A stretch of 64,000 bases of DNA from Camelus ferus. Taxonomy: Eukaryota. Position 1 is the first letter of the stretch, and each line of letters starts with the position of its first letter. The notes beneath the pieces were generated by a model. It searched no databases. It was given only the letters and a program-made list of their open reading frames with translations, and was not told the origin of the DNA. Made by a program: the position numbers and the translations under genes. The stretch covers positions 52,888,001 through 52,952,000 of the forward strand of contig NC_045697.1 in NCBI RefSeq assembly GCF_009834535.1, read 5' to 3'. Shown here one piece after another: positions 13,101 through 27,987 of the stretch.

Positions 13101-16100
13101 GCTTTTTTCTTAAAAAAAAAAAAAAAAAAGCATTTGTTTCCTGATTATAGTAATATGTCCTCTTGTAGAATATCTGGAAGACATAAAGAAGTATGAAGAA
13201 TGTAAAAATCATCTGTAGGTCCACTATCCAGAGAAAACTACTTTTTACATTTTTGGTACACTTCCTTTTACTTGTGTGTATGTGTAGCTATATTTAAAAC
13301 AGATTATGACCATAGGGTACATGCAGCTTGGGAGACAGCCTTTAAAACTTATTATATTCTAAACAACACCCTAAGCCCTTAAGTATTCTTCCACAACATC
13401 ATTATTAGTGTTTGTTGTACTGATGTTCTACAATTATTTGAACAATTTTCCTGCTAGGCTATCTAAGTTGCATTTAAAGTTTTGCCACTCTAAATAATTA
13501 ATACTGTGATAAATATACCTACCTGTACATTTTGCCTGTACCTCTGATTATTTCCTTAGGAGAGATGTCCGGTATAATCACTGGGACTTAATTTTTTAAG
13601 GCTCCTGATCCACACCGATAAAGTGATTTCCAAAAATGCTGTACCACTGTATACTCCCACTAGCAGAGCCCCACCTGGATCTGACCACACTTTCATCAGC
13701 ACTGAGTATTACTCATGGATATGGTAAACAACAACAAATTATTTCTTATACTCAATTTCTATTTTCAAAATAAGATACAATGAGTCTAGAGTATGATAAA
13801 TGATTTTTAAAAATTGAAAATACCCAGAAACCGTAAGTTGTGTATAATGGAGGGAAGGTATTCCAATAATCTTTTCTTTTAAAAGTGATTATTTTCTGGA
13901 GTTGTGGGGCATTAATGAGCTCATCTAAAGTGTGCTGGATAGCTACCATAAACAGGATGCAAAAGAAAAGTTTTTCCCCAAAGAACTTTCTGTATAACTT
14001 CCTAAAGTAGGAATCATATAGATTAAAATAAATCACTGGAGAATGATTTCAAGTGCATTCAAGCAAGTGACACAACAGTATCCAATGATTCAGGAGATGA
14101 AGGGTGTTGGGTTTGTTAGAGAGGGCTCATGGATGAAGGGTGTCAAGGGTCCTTTCCTTTTCCTAATTTAATGTCAGCAAGAAGAATCTCAAGCAGGAAT
14201 AGTGGAACAACAGGAATCAGGGTTTTGGTGAAGTACAGAATCACAGCCTGGTTGAAATAGGTAAGCACAGAAAAGGAGTTTGAAAAAACATTTGATAAGT
14301 AAAGTTACCCAAAGAAGGGCATGAGAATATTTGGCTAAACAATTAGCATTCAATGTAGTTACTATTCTATACAATCCATAATCACAAACATTACTGCTCC
14401 CACAAACAGCTTTTCATGTCATTTGCACATCCACTTGAGAAACATTTTACGTTCAGCACATAAAGGTGCTGCCTGCCAGCCAGGTCAGTTTCAGCAGTGT
14501 GCCGTTTCTGTTGTTGGGCAGCACCTGCACAACTAGGGAAATATCTTCGTGGACTTTATAAAAATGGGTGGAAAGAGGGGAAGAAAATCAAGTGGATAAA
14601 AAGCTAAGGCCTCCAATTTAATTGATGGCACAGAAGAGCTGCCCGATAAATGATAACATCTCCTCCTGCTACACCACCACCACCACTACTTTCTCAGGAA
14701 TATTCTACATTCAATATAAAGGCTGAATGAAACAGGCTCTTGTACAAGAATGAAACGTTCACTTTTGTGAAGACTTATTTGGCATTCTTATAATGAATGA
14801 ATCAGTATCCGAAGAGAAATGGTTTAGAGAAAAGCTGAGAGTAGGTGTGGGAATCTGGATGTGACATAATGAGATCCTGGTAGTTGTGGAGATGAATATG
14901 AAAGACAAAATTAAGCCTCTTGTGTGGAACAGAGCACATACATCCTTCTTTGATGCCCTAACACATATAGCACTGTTTGATTAATCATAAGAGAAAACTA
15001 TAGTTTTAACAAAGTATGGAAATAAATGCAAACATATAATGAACTTATTCACTGTCAGAACACTTCAGATTTTAATGTGAAAAAATTAACACTGGCACAA
15101 CCAGAAAAGAAAAAGAAATCTACCGTTTGATCACTACCCTTAACATTTTGTCCCTGGTAGAGCATGTGGCTTTAGCAGTATTTCAGAGCAAAGAGGTGAA
15201 AATTTACTGAAAAGGAACTTTGGAAAGAGGCTGAAAATATACACTGAAAATCTTTCAGCTCTGGCGTTTGGGTCTCTGCAAATGCTGTCTCTTCCCCACC
15301 TCCCACCCCCACCATCCCTTGCCTCCAGTTTACAACTAGATTAACTCCTGCTTACCCTTTACGTCTTAGGTTCAGACATTATTTCAATTGGAAAATTTCC
15401 CTGGAACTCCCTAGAAAATATTTTTGGCTCTGTACCATTACACTGCAATGACTGCCATTTTACTTGTTGAAGTACCCTACTTCCCACTTATCAATAAGCT
15501 CAGAAAAGAACAGAGGAACGGGCCAGTTCACTGTGCTGTACCTCAGGACCTAGCATAGGGTGGAGCATAAATTGTAAGTGGGATACTTAAATGTGTGTTG
15601 AATGATGGGCCGAAGGTCTGATCTTACGATAAAAACTGCATGTTTTTAAAATACTGCTTTTTTTCCTTTGGGGGTTCTAATGGACCCTAAGGATTTCTTC
15701 CCCAGGAAAAAAAATGCAGATATAAAATTTTATATATAATTTTTTGGATCATGGATCCCAGGCTTAGAAGCCCTGCACGAAACTGTAGTGAATTCATGCT
15801 ATCAAGTTTCTTGGTAAACATCCATTTGGATTTCCCGCCAAAATGCCCACTGGAACATGCACTTTTTTCATTAAAACATATGCAGTTCCCAGGCAAGTTG
15901 GGGTTACACTAGTGTGCAGTGATGTGAATGAGTAAAAGGATGTTAGTAAATGTCCGTGGAATTATCTCAGCACCAGACACTTTCCACAGTCACTGAATAA
16001 CAAACCATTTCATCTTCAGGGAATTTCTCCTTGCTTATTGTATCAGTAGAGTATTCCCTATTGAATGGAAAAACCTGATCCCACATCTACACCCACACAG

Positions 16101-16127
16101 GGCTTTGGGAAGTGTGGATCACTTTAA

Positions 16128-16583
<456 letters not shown>

Positions 16584-17282
16584 AAGGGATGCCCAATAAA
16601 TATTTCTGACCAAGTGACAAACCAAAACACATTCCTTGCATGATGTGCAATATCATCACTACACTCACAGATGTTACATATAAGCTGCCCCGTTATACAC
16701 TACAGTATAAACGCCAGATCCCCGAAATGAACACTAAAGCAGGAAACAACCACTGGGGAGGACTGCAGAGTCATGCGGTGACAGCACGTCTGAAGTCAGC
16801 CAGCACACAGTTCTCCACAGCAACACTGCAATCAAAGACCTGAGCAAAAGTTCTCTTCTCAGTGTGTCTCTCCCCTGTATCATTTCTTCATAGTCTGCCT
16901 CTTATTATCTGTATTTGAGAAGGATGTTTTCTAAGTCAGAAAAGTAATTCAGAGCTTACAGTTGTTTTTGTAACAAAATGGTACAGATCATCTCTCAATG
17001 TTGGATTCCTCATCTTTAAAAGAAAGTTAATAGGAAAACAAGTATTTCTTGATAACTGAGGTTTATTTTTAACTAAGTATTTTCTTGTTTATAAAGGCCC
17101 AAGGAAAGACAATGCTAAAACACGAATTTAAGCTACTAATGTTCACCTTCAGTCTGTCTGGTAAACAACTAGTTTAGACCAGTCCAGATGGTTAGACATA
17201 AAAACAAATACACACTAAAATGGCAATAGATTTAATGATGTGGCTTAAACTGTTGCAGCACAAACTACTGTCCCATGAATAA

Positions 17283-17410
17283 TTATTTTATGAGGGGGAG
17301 GTAATTAGGCTTATTCACTGATTTCTGCTTGGAGGAGGTGCTGGGGATTGAATCCAGGACCTCTTGTGTGCTGAGTGTGTGCTCTACCACTTGAGCTATA
17401 CCCTTCCCCC
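17283..17410 (-). mobile_element. tRNA-derived SINE (Vic-1-like)
   Basis: The reverse complement has A box (TAGCTCAAGTGGTAGAG) and B box (GGATTCAATCC) plus a CCTAATTACCTCC tail. Flanking ATGAATAA repeat. Confidence 0.85.
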
Positions 17411-20220
17411 CTATGAATAACTACTGTACAAATAACTAACATTTATAGGGTGCTTTACATTAATTATCCCATTTAATGCTCCTAACCTCCATCTGGTGGA
17501 AACCACTCCTAACTGCCTGCTATTGCCCAGCATGGCTGGCTCACTGTGCACTGTTTGAAAAGTCATCCCCGCCAGCCTCCACCCCCTTCCACCACAGTGT
17601 CTGCCTGGTGATCATCTACTTATCTCACAAGGTCGAGCCCAGTTCAGGTGTCACTTACTGGATGAAGCCTTTCCTGAACCTTCCTTACCGTCAGAGATTT
17701 GTAGATTCGCTCTAGGTTTGTTTTTTTTTAAGTATATTATTAATATACTTAAAAAAAAAAAAGTAGGGGGTGGAGAGAGATCACTTCCTTGACCATCAAT
17801 AAGCACTGAAGTAATAAAGTGAGTTTTTACTCCCATGTATTTAAGAGTTAAGCTAGGCAGAAACTCTAGGTCCAGGCTACACTGTGGACTGCACAGTGAA
17901 GAGCAGGAACTCTGTCTTCAGAAGACAAAAGTTGGAAACCACAAGGCTTCTACTGCTGAAGCCACATAGTTAGCCTGTATTATTGTCTTAAGACACCCGC
18001 TTTCCACCCGCTCTCTTTTGCGGGGGTCAGGAGGCCCCAATGCAGGACTTGCGTGGTCAGATGTTTTTCCCTCTAGGAATCAGCTGGGAAGTATTCTGTG
18101 AATACTTCTGTGTGTCTGGGCACCAGGTGCTCCATGCTGTCAACACGGTGAGATTCTTGTTATCACTGGCCTGGAGATCACCACTTAAACGCTGATGGCG
18201 AAATTAAACTTAACAATTATCACTGGCATTAATATTAAAGCAGGCATTTCTTGGGTCCAAATGATTGTTTAGACATCCAGAGTTAGCCGGTGGGGCAAGG
18301 AATAAAAGCCCTGCACAGCACTACCTGGTGTCCTAGATCACTAAACCTACAGATGTGTTCCTGGGCCAGGACTTTCTTTGACCGCTTCTCGTTCTAATCA
18401 TTTGAAATTGTTGCTTCTTTTGCCAAATAAGGCCAAATTCCAAAACTCATTGTCAGCATTTCTCTACTTTCCTCCATACCCCTCTATAATCGATTCTAAG
18501 GTATTGGGAACTTCCTATTTCTGTTTTCCTTAATCCAAGGATGTGCCACTTAAGCTTAGGCTGCAGTTCTCATACAGTTTCCCTCACAGGTTTTGCAATA
18601 AAGAATTCAATCAGCACCACTACAAAAGCCTACATGAAGCAAACAACTCACTTTTGCTCACTCATAGGAATCTTGCTCAAAAAGCATATATATTCGAGTA
18701 CTAAATTTGTTAAAAATTATTTTTGAGGCACTGACACACTGCCTTTTACTGCCTTTTATAAAAGGGAATATTTCATATAACATGACTTTCAAAATGAAAT
18801 TTTTAAAACAAAATATGCTAATTGAGGCATTTGCTAAAATACTTCCTGGTACCACCTAAAAATGTACTCTCCTTTCCTAAAGATTTTTAAAGCTTTGGAG
18901 GCTGTTCTAAACAGTACTGGCATTGTATGGAATTCCAGCTGATGTCTTCTAATCCTTGTGCACATTCTGAAACTTAGAGCCAAAGGAAGCTGTACAAGTG
19001 ACAAACCAATTGTTAAAAGATACAAACGGCCTTAAAAACTACTTAACCATTGCCCTTAAAGACACACCCTAAATGACTGCTTTGTGCGGTGTTGTTAACC
19101 CTCTCTAACATAGTCTAACTGGGAAAATAATATCCTCTTCTGTCACAAAAGGTGAAATCTGAGTCATGACAAGATTGCAATGCTAGGTCAAGGGCAAGGG
19201 ATCACTATTCCTAACCCAATTGCTATGGCAATTCACCTTATGCCCTCTGTCCTGCAGATACGCCTAAACATCAGGCAGATGCTTGTAAAGAATTTATCTT
19301 CATATGTAAGCATTTGTCTTCATTATTTTAAGGGTAGGGAATAAACATTAGCTAAGAGACCATTACACAAAAATACAAAACAATTTGCTTCAAATTATGG
19401 CTCAAATTAATTCTCTTCCTTATAATGGGAGAGAAGATGAAAACCTCTTAAAATTTAGAAAAGGTTCTGGGAGAAAGTCAGAGTCAAGAGACCACAAAGG
19501 TCTCAAAGGTACTGACAGTGGAAATTTCAAAGGGTCATCATAGCTACCACAAATAACTTTTAAAAAGCAATGGCCAATAGGTTCCAGTCCATGGGTAGGG
19601 ATTACCTTATCAACCATGTTTAACCTTTTGAAGGCATTATGCTTTTTTAAGTGTCCATATTCATTAAATAAGCACTGAATGTAAAACTGCTTTCTCATCT
19701 AAGCTTATAATCTACATTATTAAAAAAGATAATGCTTGACCAATTATTTTCTAGGTATCATAGCCTGATTAACATTACATCCTGATAATAGGATACCCTT
19801 CATGAGTGTTTCAACTATATCATGTACAACCCTATAATTACAGTTATGCTATTTTACCTTACTCTATTAAGGATCACTCTAATTTCTATAATATTTTAGC
19901 ATCTGATCAGAATTAATAGCTTTTCCATTATCGATTAGGGTCAGATGTGATAAGTGACCTCAAATGTTCTCATTAGAGGCTTCAAGACAAAGAACTCTAA
20001 ACAAGCACCAGCATCTTTTGAAAGGATACCTCATGGGGCAGGGAAAACATATTTTTCCCCAGTAAAGTACTGAAGGGGAGCTGGTGGTAGGTAAGCTTGA
20101 AAGGTTTTCAGGGTTGTTAACAGTTTAGAGTATGGGTTCTTCCTGCCTCTCCCTGACCCTCCCAGCCCAAGTAACAATGAGGATGCTGGTGAGACGCTAG
20201 TGGATGGGGTCTGACCATAC

Positions 20221-20398
20221 CTTCATGGGTAGGCTCTGGGTCAGGTGTAAGTGAGATGTCATCCAGCTCTCGCAGGCAGAGCCATTCTCCATCCATAGAC
20301 ACTCGGAATTTGCAAAGGTAGATGGTCTCCATGGCAGCCTGTGTGATCTTGTCAGTGGTGGGGGTTGGCATATCGGTGGGAGGCGTCAGAGCAGACAT
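20221..20398 (-). CDS. RUFY3: RUFY3 proximal alternative first coding exon (MSALTPPTDMPTPTTDKITQAAMETIYLCKFRVSMDGEWLCLRELDDISLTPDPEPTHE)
   Basis: Recognised N-terminus of RUFY3/singar. ATG at 20398. Donor GAAG|gtatgg at 20221/20220. 178 coding nt, so phase 1. Confidence 0.96.
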
Positions 20399-21150
20399 GA
20401 TGACTCAGCTGGGACCACAACACACACACAAACACACACACACACACACACCCAACAAAAATAAATAAAACCTCCTCAACAAAAATCCCAAATCCAAAGC
20501 TCTGTAACAAAGCTCTCAAGAAAAGGGATAGAGGAGGTTAAAAAAAACACACAAGGAAAAATACCTAATGATTTAAGAACCAACTGTTCAAGATAAACAA
20601 TTCTATACTATCTTTTCTCATAGACAGTTCCTACCACATAGCAAAGTAAGATGATGCTTGTCTTCTTCCAGCTTCTCTCCTTTTATCTTCCCTTCCCTAC
20701 CCCCTTCTTTTTCAGCTGAGCCAGAGGCTTGAAATCCTGCACAGCCGATTCCACCTTAGCTGGCTTTAAAAAACTGGCCTCTGTATGAGTAAGTGAAAAA
20801 TCCTCCTTCTTTGTGCAGAAAAAGAAATACAAAAGCAAAAAAACCCCAAACCAAAAAACCAAAAAATAAGCCAATATTTTCTATTTAGCTTAAAAAAATC
20901 CTGAATCGCAGAAATCACTTGCAGGATCTGCTCAGAGGAGCCGGGATGCTGAGTTCTAATAGGATTGGTTGTGCGCAGTAAGCAGGGTGTTGACCAAAAT
21001 GGCTGACTAATGAACTGAACTGAAAATTCAAGCTCATGTGACCAGCTGCTCTGAACGGACGGCGAGCAATTCCCAGGATGCTTTATAGATGCTGCTGATG
21101 CAGGGAGAGCAATTAGGCTGCTTGCTCTCATCCTGTACAACCCACTTCCA
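20399..21150 (-). promoter_or_regulatory. RUFY3: 5' UTR and non-CpG-island promoter of the RUFY3 proximal first exon
   Basis: Lies directly upstream of the ATG. Contains a (TG)n tract at about 20419-20451, an AP-1-type TGAGTCA at 20401-20407 and a minus-strand CCAAT at 20964-20968. The TSS cannot be placed from sequence alone. Confidence 0.55.
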
Positions 21151-24100
21151 GACTGTGCTAGTCAAACTGTGATCAGACATAACACAATGCACATATCCTC
21201 ATCAATTCCCCTCACTGTGGGATAAAAGAGCTAGATAAGTGGAGGACAATTCATACTGGGTAATACTCCATAGCAAAGATGGTAAAAGAGGTAGTTAGAC
21301 TGATTTAACAAGCACATAATTCACCTCTTTTATCGTCATATACTTAGCTATTAAAAGTCTTTACTCTGCTAAAGATGGTGTTTTAGGGAAAAAAACTAAA
21401 GCAGATTTCCAATTTAAATATCATACTCTAAGCATTTATAATTTCCTTTTCCAAAGTACAGAGACCTAACTTTTTAGACTGGACAGAAATGTAAAAAACA
21501 ACAAGAAAACTTGAAGTTAAAAAAGCAAAATCCTTCCTGATGAATGGCAATTCCCCTCTCCTTTTGATGTTGCTATATTTACTAAGTTTCTACATTAGAT
21601 TAGTTCCTAATAAGAGCACAGAACTATGTAATATCTTAAAAAGTCTCCCATCCTGGAACATCCTAAGGTCACGTTATATTTCCCTTAAACCAATCAACCA
21701 GCTTACCCACCCACCCACATAGCTGTATTATCCAGTGAGGCCTTTATGCCTTGGTAGCAAAAAGTTAGGTACTTGCTTTTTAAGATACATAAATAATAGA
21801 AGATAAGGGATGATAAAGGTTTTCTCTGAAAATGTTTTGGGCGATTGAAAACAAGTTGTTTCTTTCTTTTTTTTTTTCTTCTTAAGGGTCCAGTTTTGAG
21901 GAGGAACATACAATTTCAGGAAACATGTCCCAAGGTGATTTAATCTGTTCTAGGATGTCTTATCAGAGGGATACCTGAAAACTGAAATAAGACATTTCTC
22001 CTTGACTATCATTAAAATTCCATAACTGCTTCCATTCTAATTTGAGATTGAGCTCAAAGAAAAAAATGCTAAGAACCAGATCCTGTAGGCAAATAGGCAT
22101 TTTCATGCTGTTAGAGAAGGCAAACTGGTATAACATAAGAGTGCGTATATGTATATGGTGTTCATAATTAGGAATAAAATCAGCAAATTACTAAAGAAAA
22201 CAAAATATTCCAGGTAGGGTCATTCATTTCTATGTAAATCTCTTCCAGTGTTATTCTACATCTGGACCCAGGGCTACTCATTCACTTATTCACTCACTTG
22301 TTCATTCATCATTCACTGAGAGTACGCTGTGTGCCAGGCGCTGGCATGCAGCAGTCGGACAAGATCACTTTTTTAAGGAAGCAAAGTTTACATATCCAAA
22401 TACTGAATATAAGCCTTCATTTAACACATTCACATTTAATTACAATTCAATTCCCTTCTAGCCAGACGTATTTCCATCATATACATTAAAGTTTAAAGGA
22501 GTATAGTTTATAGTTTCACTTTAAGCCATGCAATACTTTAAAACATAGTTAAGCAGTCTTCAAAACCTTTAAATTAAACATACACTAAATAGTCCCTGGA
22601 ACCACAACACCAAACATCCTTGGCTATCTGTGCATATGACATCAAGACTGCAGATCACTGATACAATCTTAACATACAGAATAGAGAATACGAATTAATC
22701 TGCGTGCTCTGGAATTGCCCATGTCCACCAATATTTGAATTTAGTCTGTCACAAACCATGACGAACTATCTCCCCACCAAGAAAACAATAAGCATTTACT
22801 TAATCCTGAACAGGAGATCTGGACTGATTACAACATGGCAGCACAAGAACATCTAGGTTAATAAGCAGAGGAACTTGGTTAACATTCCTTCCAAAGGTCC
22901 TTCTCTCCAGGTAGAGGACACAGGCAGGGAAGCCCAAAGCAATCAGAATGTTTGCCAAGGAGAGAAAAACCTGCCTGCACTGGGAAACCTCGAGTTTCCC
23001 ATACCTACCAGTCTGAGGAGGTGTTAGCAGTCATTTCAGAAAGAAGAGCTGTGGGTGGGCAGGAAAACCTGTACTTCTACTTATCTAGGTTATGCCTGTT
23101 TACAGGTAAACACTCTTGAGTGTTTAACAGTTACTCACTGTTCACAGGCAATGAATTTACTATGAAAACAAACACTATCTTTAGAGGACTAATAAAAATA
23201 ATTTTAAATATTACTTAGTACTGTTTTTACATTTGGGTCTTTACTAAGTAAACATATTAGCTTAGAATATAAAGGTAATATTAAGTCATCAGTAAGACAC
23301 ACAAACCTTGACCTTTTTTTTCATAATCTTGTTTTTTCTCATAAACATACTAGTTTTAAGCTGTACTGAACTATTTTCTCATTTGATTCCACTTGTGAAT
23401 AACAGCATATGCTTGTAAAATCATTCTGAGGAGGGCTGGGGTACAGTCTGTGGCTCTAAAGCAGAATTAACGAGCCTATGTGAGGTTCAAATCCAAGATG
23501 ATGATGTGAATACTCCTATATTCTACCTGCTTATACAGCCCAAATTTTCTGCATTATGATTGATTCAAAGCAAATAAGATACACATTTCAAAGTTAGCAG
23601 TTACATTTCTTTAAAGTGTATTTACTCAGCTACTATTTTAAGACAAAGACTGGGTTGTTACACCCAATGTCCCTGTTATACAAGGTGGAAAAATTATTAC
23701 TACTTAAGGTAGCTACCATTTATTGAACTTCTATTTTCTGTTAGGTACTTTATAAATACCATATCAAATCATCACAGGAATCCTGCAAAGTAGGTACTGA
23801 TACTCCCTCTTCATATACAAGGAAATCAAAGCTGAACCATGTAACTGGCCCAAGATCTCACAGTTAGCAAGCGGCAGATCTGGGATCCCCAGCTGCTTCT
23901 GTCTAGAATGCCCCAAAGTCCATGCTTTCTTCTACACTTTGCAACTTCAGCACTCCACTCCAAGGATTAAATTTTACTCAGGGAAAATTAAAAACAAAAC
24001 AAAAGCAAAACCAAAGCAAGATCCTCATGAAATTTCCTAAATATGAATCTGAACAAAGATTTGAAGAAGAGAAAATTTTTAGCAGCTTTCACACTTTACA

Positions 24101-27100
24101 CCTTAATGTTCCACAAACCATATATTCCACTTAGCCACCCTTAGACACTTAGTTCGGGTTTTTTAATCAGACATTTTCTGAGAATCTGAGAACCCAGCAT
24201 GGATCTCTCCTACTTGTGCTGGCAGAGGGTGAACCAAATTCTTCCTGAACACCGTGAAGGACAATGTCACTTGCTTGCTGAACCACCACTGTGAGGACAG
24301 AGCTGAAAAACCATCCTACCGAGTTCCCTGCACATTTACTGACTCAGGTGAACACATTAAGAACACCTGATACATTCAGAAGTGTGAAAAGATAAATGAA
24401 GGGATGGAGCGATTTTCTAAAATGACTCATTGTAGAACTTCTTTAAATTGCAAACTTCAATGTATAATTTTAATTGTTTAAAAAAAAAACCCCCAATATC
24501 CATGAAACTATTGTCAACTGGAGAATGGGCTAACAACCTACATTTATATGCTACTTCTTTCTTCTGATTTCCTGCCTCCCCTTTTGAGGCAATCACTTTT
24601 GAATCTTGTGTAAATCATTCTTTTAAAAATATTATTATATGTATATGCCTATACAATATATATTAACTTCAGGTTTTTTTAACTTTACAATAAGGCTTCC
24701 ATAACCTTCTAAGCCATTGACCCAACAATGCATTTTCTAAGATTCATCCACATTGTAGTGTGTAGCCGTAGTTTATCCTTTGGGCTGCTAGTATTATAAG
24801 GTAATATTACATTTTATGTATAAGCAATTTTCCAAGCCATTTTCATGCTGGTAAGCATTTGGTTTACTTCTAATATTTCCATTTTAAATGATGCTTTTCA
24901 GAAACAGATTTCTGGCAGGTATGCCAATTCTTCAACAGGTGTGAAGGTAACAGACCATTTCACTTATTTCTTTTATAGTTAGCTAACTCCTCCTATTAAT
25001 TACCTAGTTCCTATTCTGCACACAATAGTGCTTCCTACAATCTGTCGACTTGTGCAACTAAATCAGTTTGTAAAGCTCACAAGTTGTTTCCCAAGGCTTC
25101 CTGTGTCATGATTCTACAATTTAAGAAGAAATATCTCACCCCCTCCTCCACCCCTGGCTCATCTCACTAGTTACTTTTAGCACAAAAGGGTTTCCTTGAT
25201 GAATTATCATCATGATGGCATCTGGGAAAGCCCAGATGTTTCTGCTAAATTCTAAGATTATTCAATTGAATGGTCATGACTGTCACATGCCTCAGTCCTC
25301 CCTTCCACTTCCCTCCCTCCCACTTCCTTCCCTCTTGCATACAAAGATTTATTATGTCTAACTCTAATGTTGAGATTTCTACAAGTTTAGGTTTATACAC
25401 TTGGCAGACTCAGTACTAGTTTGTAGATATTAACCAAGGATAATAAGTACTATAAAATGAGTGTACCTGAGAAACTGAGTCGTTTTTTTGTCAGAAACAA
25501 ACACTAGCAGGACTATTACAATGCATAATCTTTTTACTTGTTAAAATTAGCCAGCCTAAGACTGGAAATAACGTCTACCTTAATAACTAAAATGGATTTA
25601 ATGGCGAGGTGGCAGTAAGCAGTGATTTACAGATGAAAGCTACCAACTACTTAGTGGATGATCTTGGGAAATTCATCCTCTTGTCTAAGTATACTCAGTT
25701 ACAAATGAAACTAAATAACTAGCTTCACAAAGATCACAGGTGCCAGGAGAAGAACTTTTGCCTGCTTTGCACACCATTACACACCTGCTTATAACAGTAC
25801 CTACCAAATACCAGACTTTCAACGGATACTTGTTGGCATAGAGATGTAACTCTAAAGCACTCTGTATTTTTGCAGTGGTATATTTCCACCCTCCTGTTTC
25901 ACTTCAACCATGAAAACCCCCAAGTTCTAGAAACCAAGTTATGCCCTAACAAGCATGTCATTCTAACACAAGCTTTATTCATTTGTACGTAACAGATTCA
26001 ATCATTCAGCATGTACAAGGCATCTACTATATGGTAGCCACTATGGACGGATATGAAGAGAGAACAAAGCAATAGACTAGAAACAGTCAATTACAGGTGT
26101 TTAAGAAATTCCTAAGTCCTCGACACACAGATACATAACTATTTTCTCTATCAAATTGGTGACTTGTGAACTTCACATTCATTCATTTATTTTTAGCAAA
26201 TAGGGCTTTCCTGGGTAGAACAAGGAACTAGAGGATTACTGGGGCCTAGAAAAGAGCCTCCAGTTTAGGATGTGATTCCAATTACAGGAGGCAGTTAAGG
26301 AGGTGGAGAGCAGGTGGAATGAAGTCAGAACGCCTACAGTGAATCCTAGACCCACCACTTAGAAGCTGAGTGACCTTGGCAAGCTTCTTGCTCCTGTGCC
26401 TGTTTCCTTACTGACAAAATGCAGATACTCATATTAACTATTTCAGAGTTGGATAAAGTAGTGTAAGTTACACGCTCAGCCTCGCACTGGGCACAAAGTA
26501 AGCAGTCAGTAAAGGCAGCCACTCTCATATTAGAAGTGATTCTGCCTTCAGGAATTCTGGAAGAAAAACAAAAACCCTACCATTACATGAAATGAAAGTC
26601 GGTAAGGGTGAATGTTCATGGGACTAAGAGAGAGGAAAGTAAAAAGCTGATCTGAGCAAAGGGTATGCTGGGGCATCCCTTGGGCCCCGAGGAAGGAAGA
26701 GGAGAGAGAAGTGAGAATTTTACTAAGCATTCACACCAGGTGACCAGATTTCCTAAGTTCACAGAAAAGGCAGGGGAAGCAGATAAATGTCTGTGGAGAG
26801 CCCCTAAACAGATTTTAAAGTCAGAGGAACCGTACTCTAAAAGGCAACATGCTGAAACAACTGCTTTCTACATGCCTCTTGCTGTCAGTTTGCCAGTCTC
26901 TCCTTTTCTTATGGATTATGAGGTTTCAAACTTTCCCCGCTCCGCTCCCTCTCCATGCCACTCCCTCTGACACATGCTGAGTATCGTGTCCATTTCACAC
27001 AGAGCAAGTCTAGAACCAGACAGTCACTAAGATGGGCTCTGCAAAGAAGAATACTATCTTGGCCTGCAGCCCTGACAGATTTTAGGAAGGCTATGAACTT

Positions 27101-27839
27101 TTCAGTTATACAATCACAGGACCATATTAATATGTACGTCTCAAGTACCACTGTTTTGTAACTCAGAAGGCATTTCTTTTCACATAATTTCATACCAATT
27201 CTTTAATGCTTATGGTGCACTACTGACTTACCAAAATAAAATTTCAAGCTCATACTTGAGCCACTTTGCACTCCAGGAAGACATCATAATTAATGTTAAT
27301 AAAGTTTGCATGGAAATATAACAGTTGTGATGCTCTGCAAAATTCATTAAAATGAGATTCTACTTTGATTTATGTTGGCTACAGGTTATTTATTGTGCAA
27401 TGATGGAGAAGCTGCATATCTTTTAGGCAACTCTTTTAATTATTTAAGAATTTTCAAAAATATTAGCCAACAAGGAAATGTCATTATTTCATCCAGTTAA
27501 TTCTGCTACACTCTCATCATCATCCACCTAGACGTTTTGCTACCTATAACTGACACTAGAAAAATACATTCTCTTAGCTTTCTGATAAAATTCTACCTCT
27601 GTAACACATAAGTTTCTGCTAAAAGTCAAACAGAAAGGGAAAGATGAAAGGCAAAGCACAATCAGGTGAATACGTTTTGAGGCCAATCCTACTCTTCTAG
27701 TCTGAAAAGCTGCTTTCTTTGCCACCTTTCCTCTGCTCTCTCTCCCATCCAGCAACTTTTTTTTACTGCCCTCTACTCAGACTGGTTTCTTTAAGGTCTT
27801 GGTGAGGAAGTATACAATGATTAAGTGCATGAGCTTTGT

Positions 27840-27987
27840 GGGGAGGGTGTAGCTCAGTGGTAGAGCACATGCTTAACATGCGTGAGGTCCTGGGTTCAAT
27901 CCCCAGTACCTCCATTGAAAAAAAAATAATAATTAAGAAAAACAAACCTAATTACTTCCTCTACAAAAAAAAAAAAAAAAAACAAAA
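27840..27987 (+). mobile_element. tRNA-derived SINE (Vic-1-like), full length, nested in a MIR
   Basis: GGGGAGGGTGTAGCTCAGTGGTAGAGCAC...GGGTTCAATCCCCAGTACCTCC, then an A-rich spacer, CCTAATTACTTCC and poly(A). TSD CATGAGCT(T/C)TG at 27828 and 27988. Confidence 0.92.

Noticed and set aside
20117..20220. C-terminal tail of the 93-aa ORF (GMVRPHP...)
   Set aside because: Read-through into the intron past the GAAG|gtatgg donor.
21860..21940. Plus-strand acceptor/donor pair (48 nt) antisense to RUFY3
   Set aside because: The pyrimidine tract is a simple T run and I could identify no partner exons.
27840..27915. tRNA gene
   Set aside because: It has a poly(A) tail, TSD and five paralogous copies in the window, so it is a SINE.
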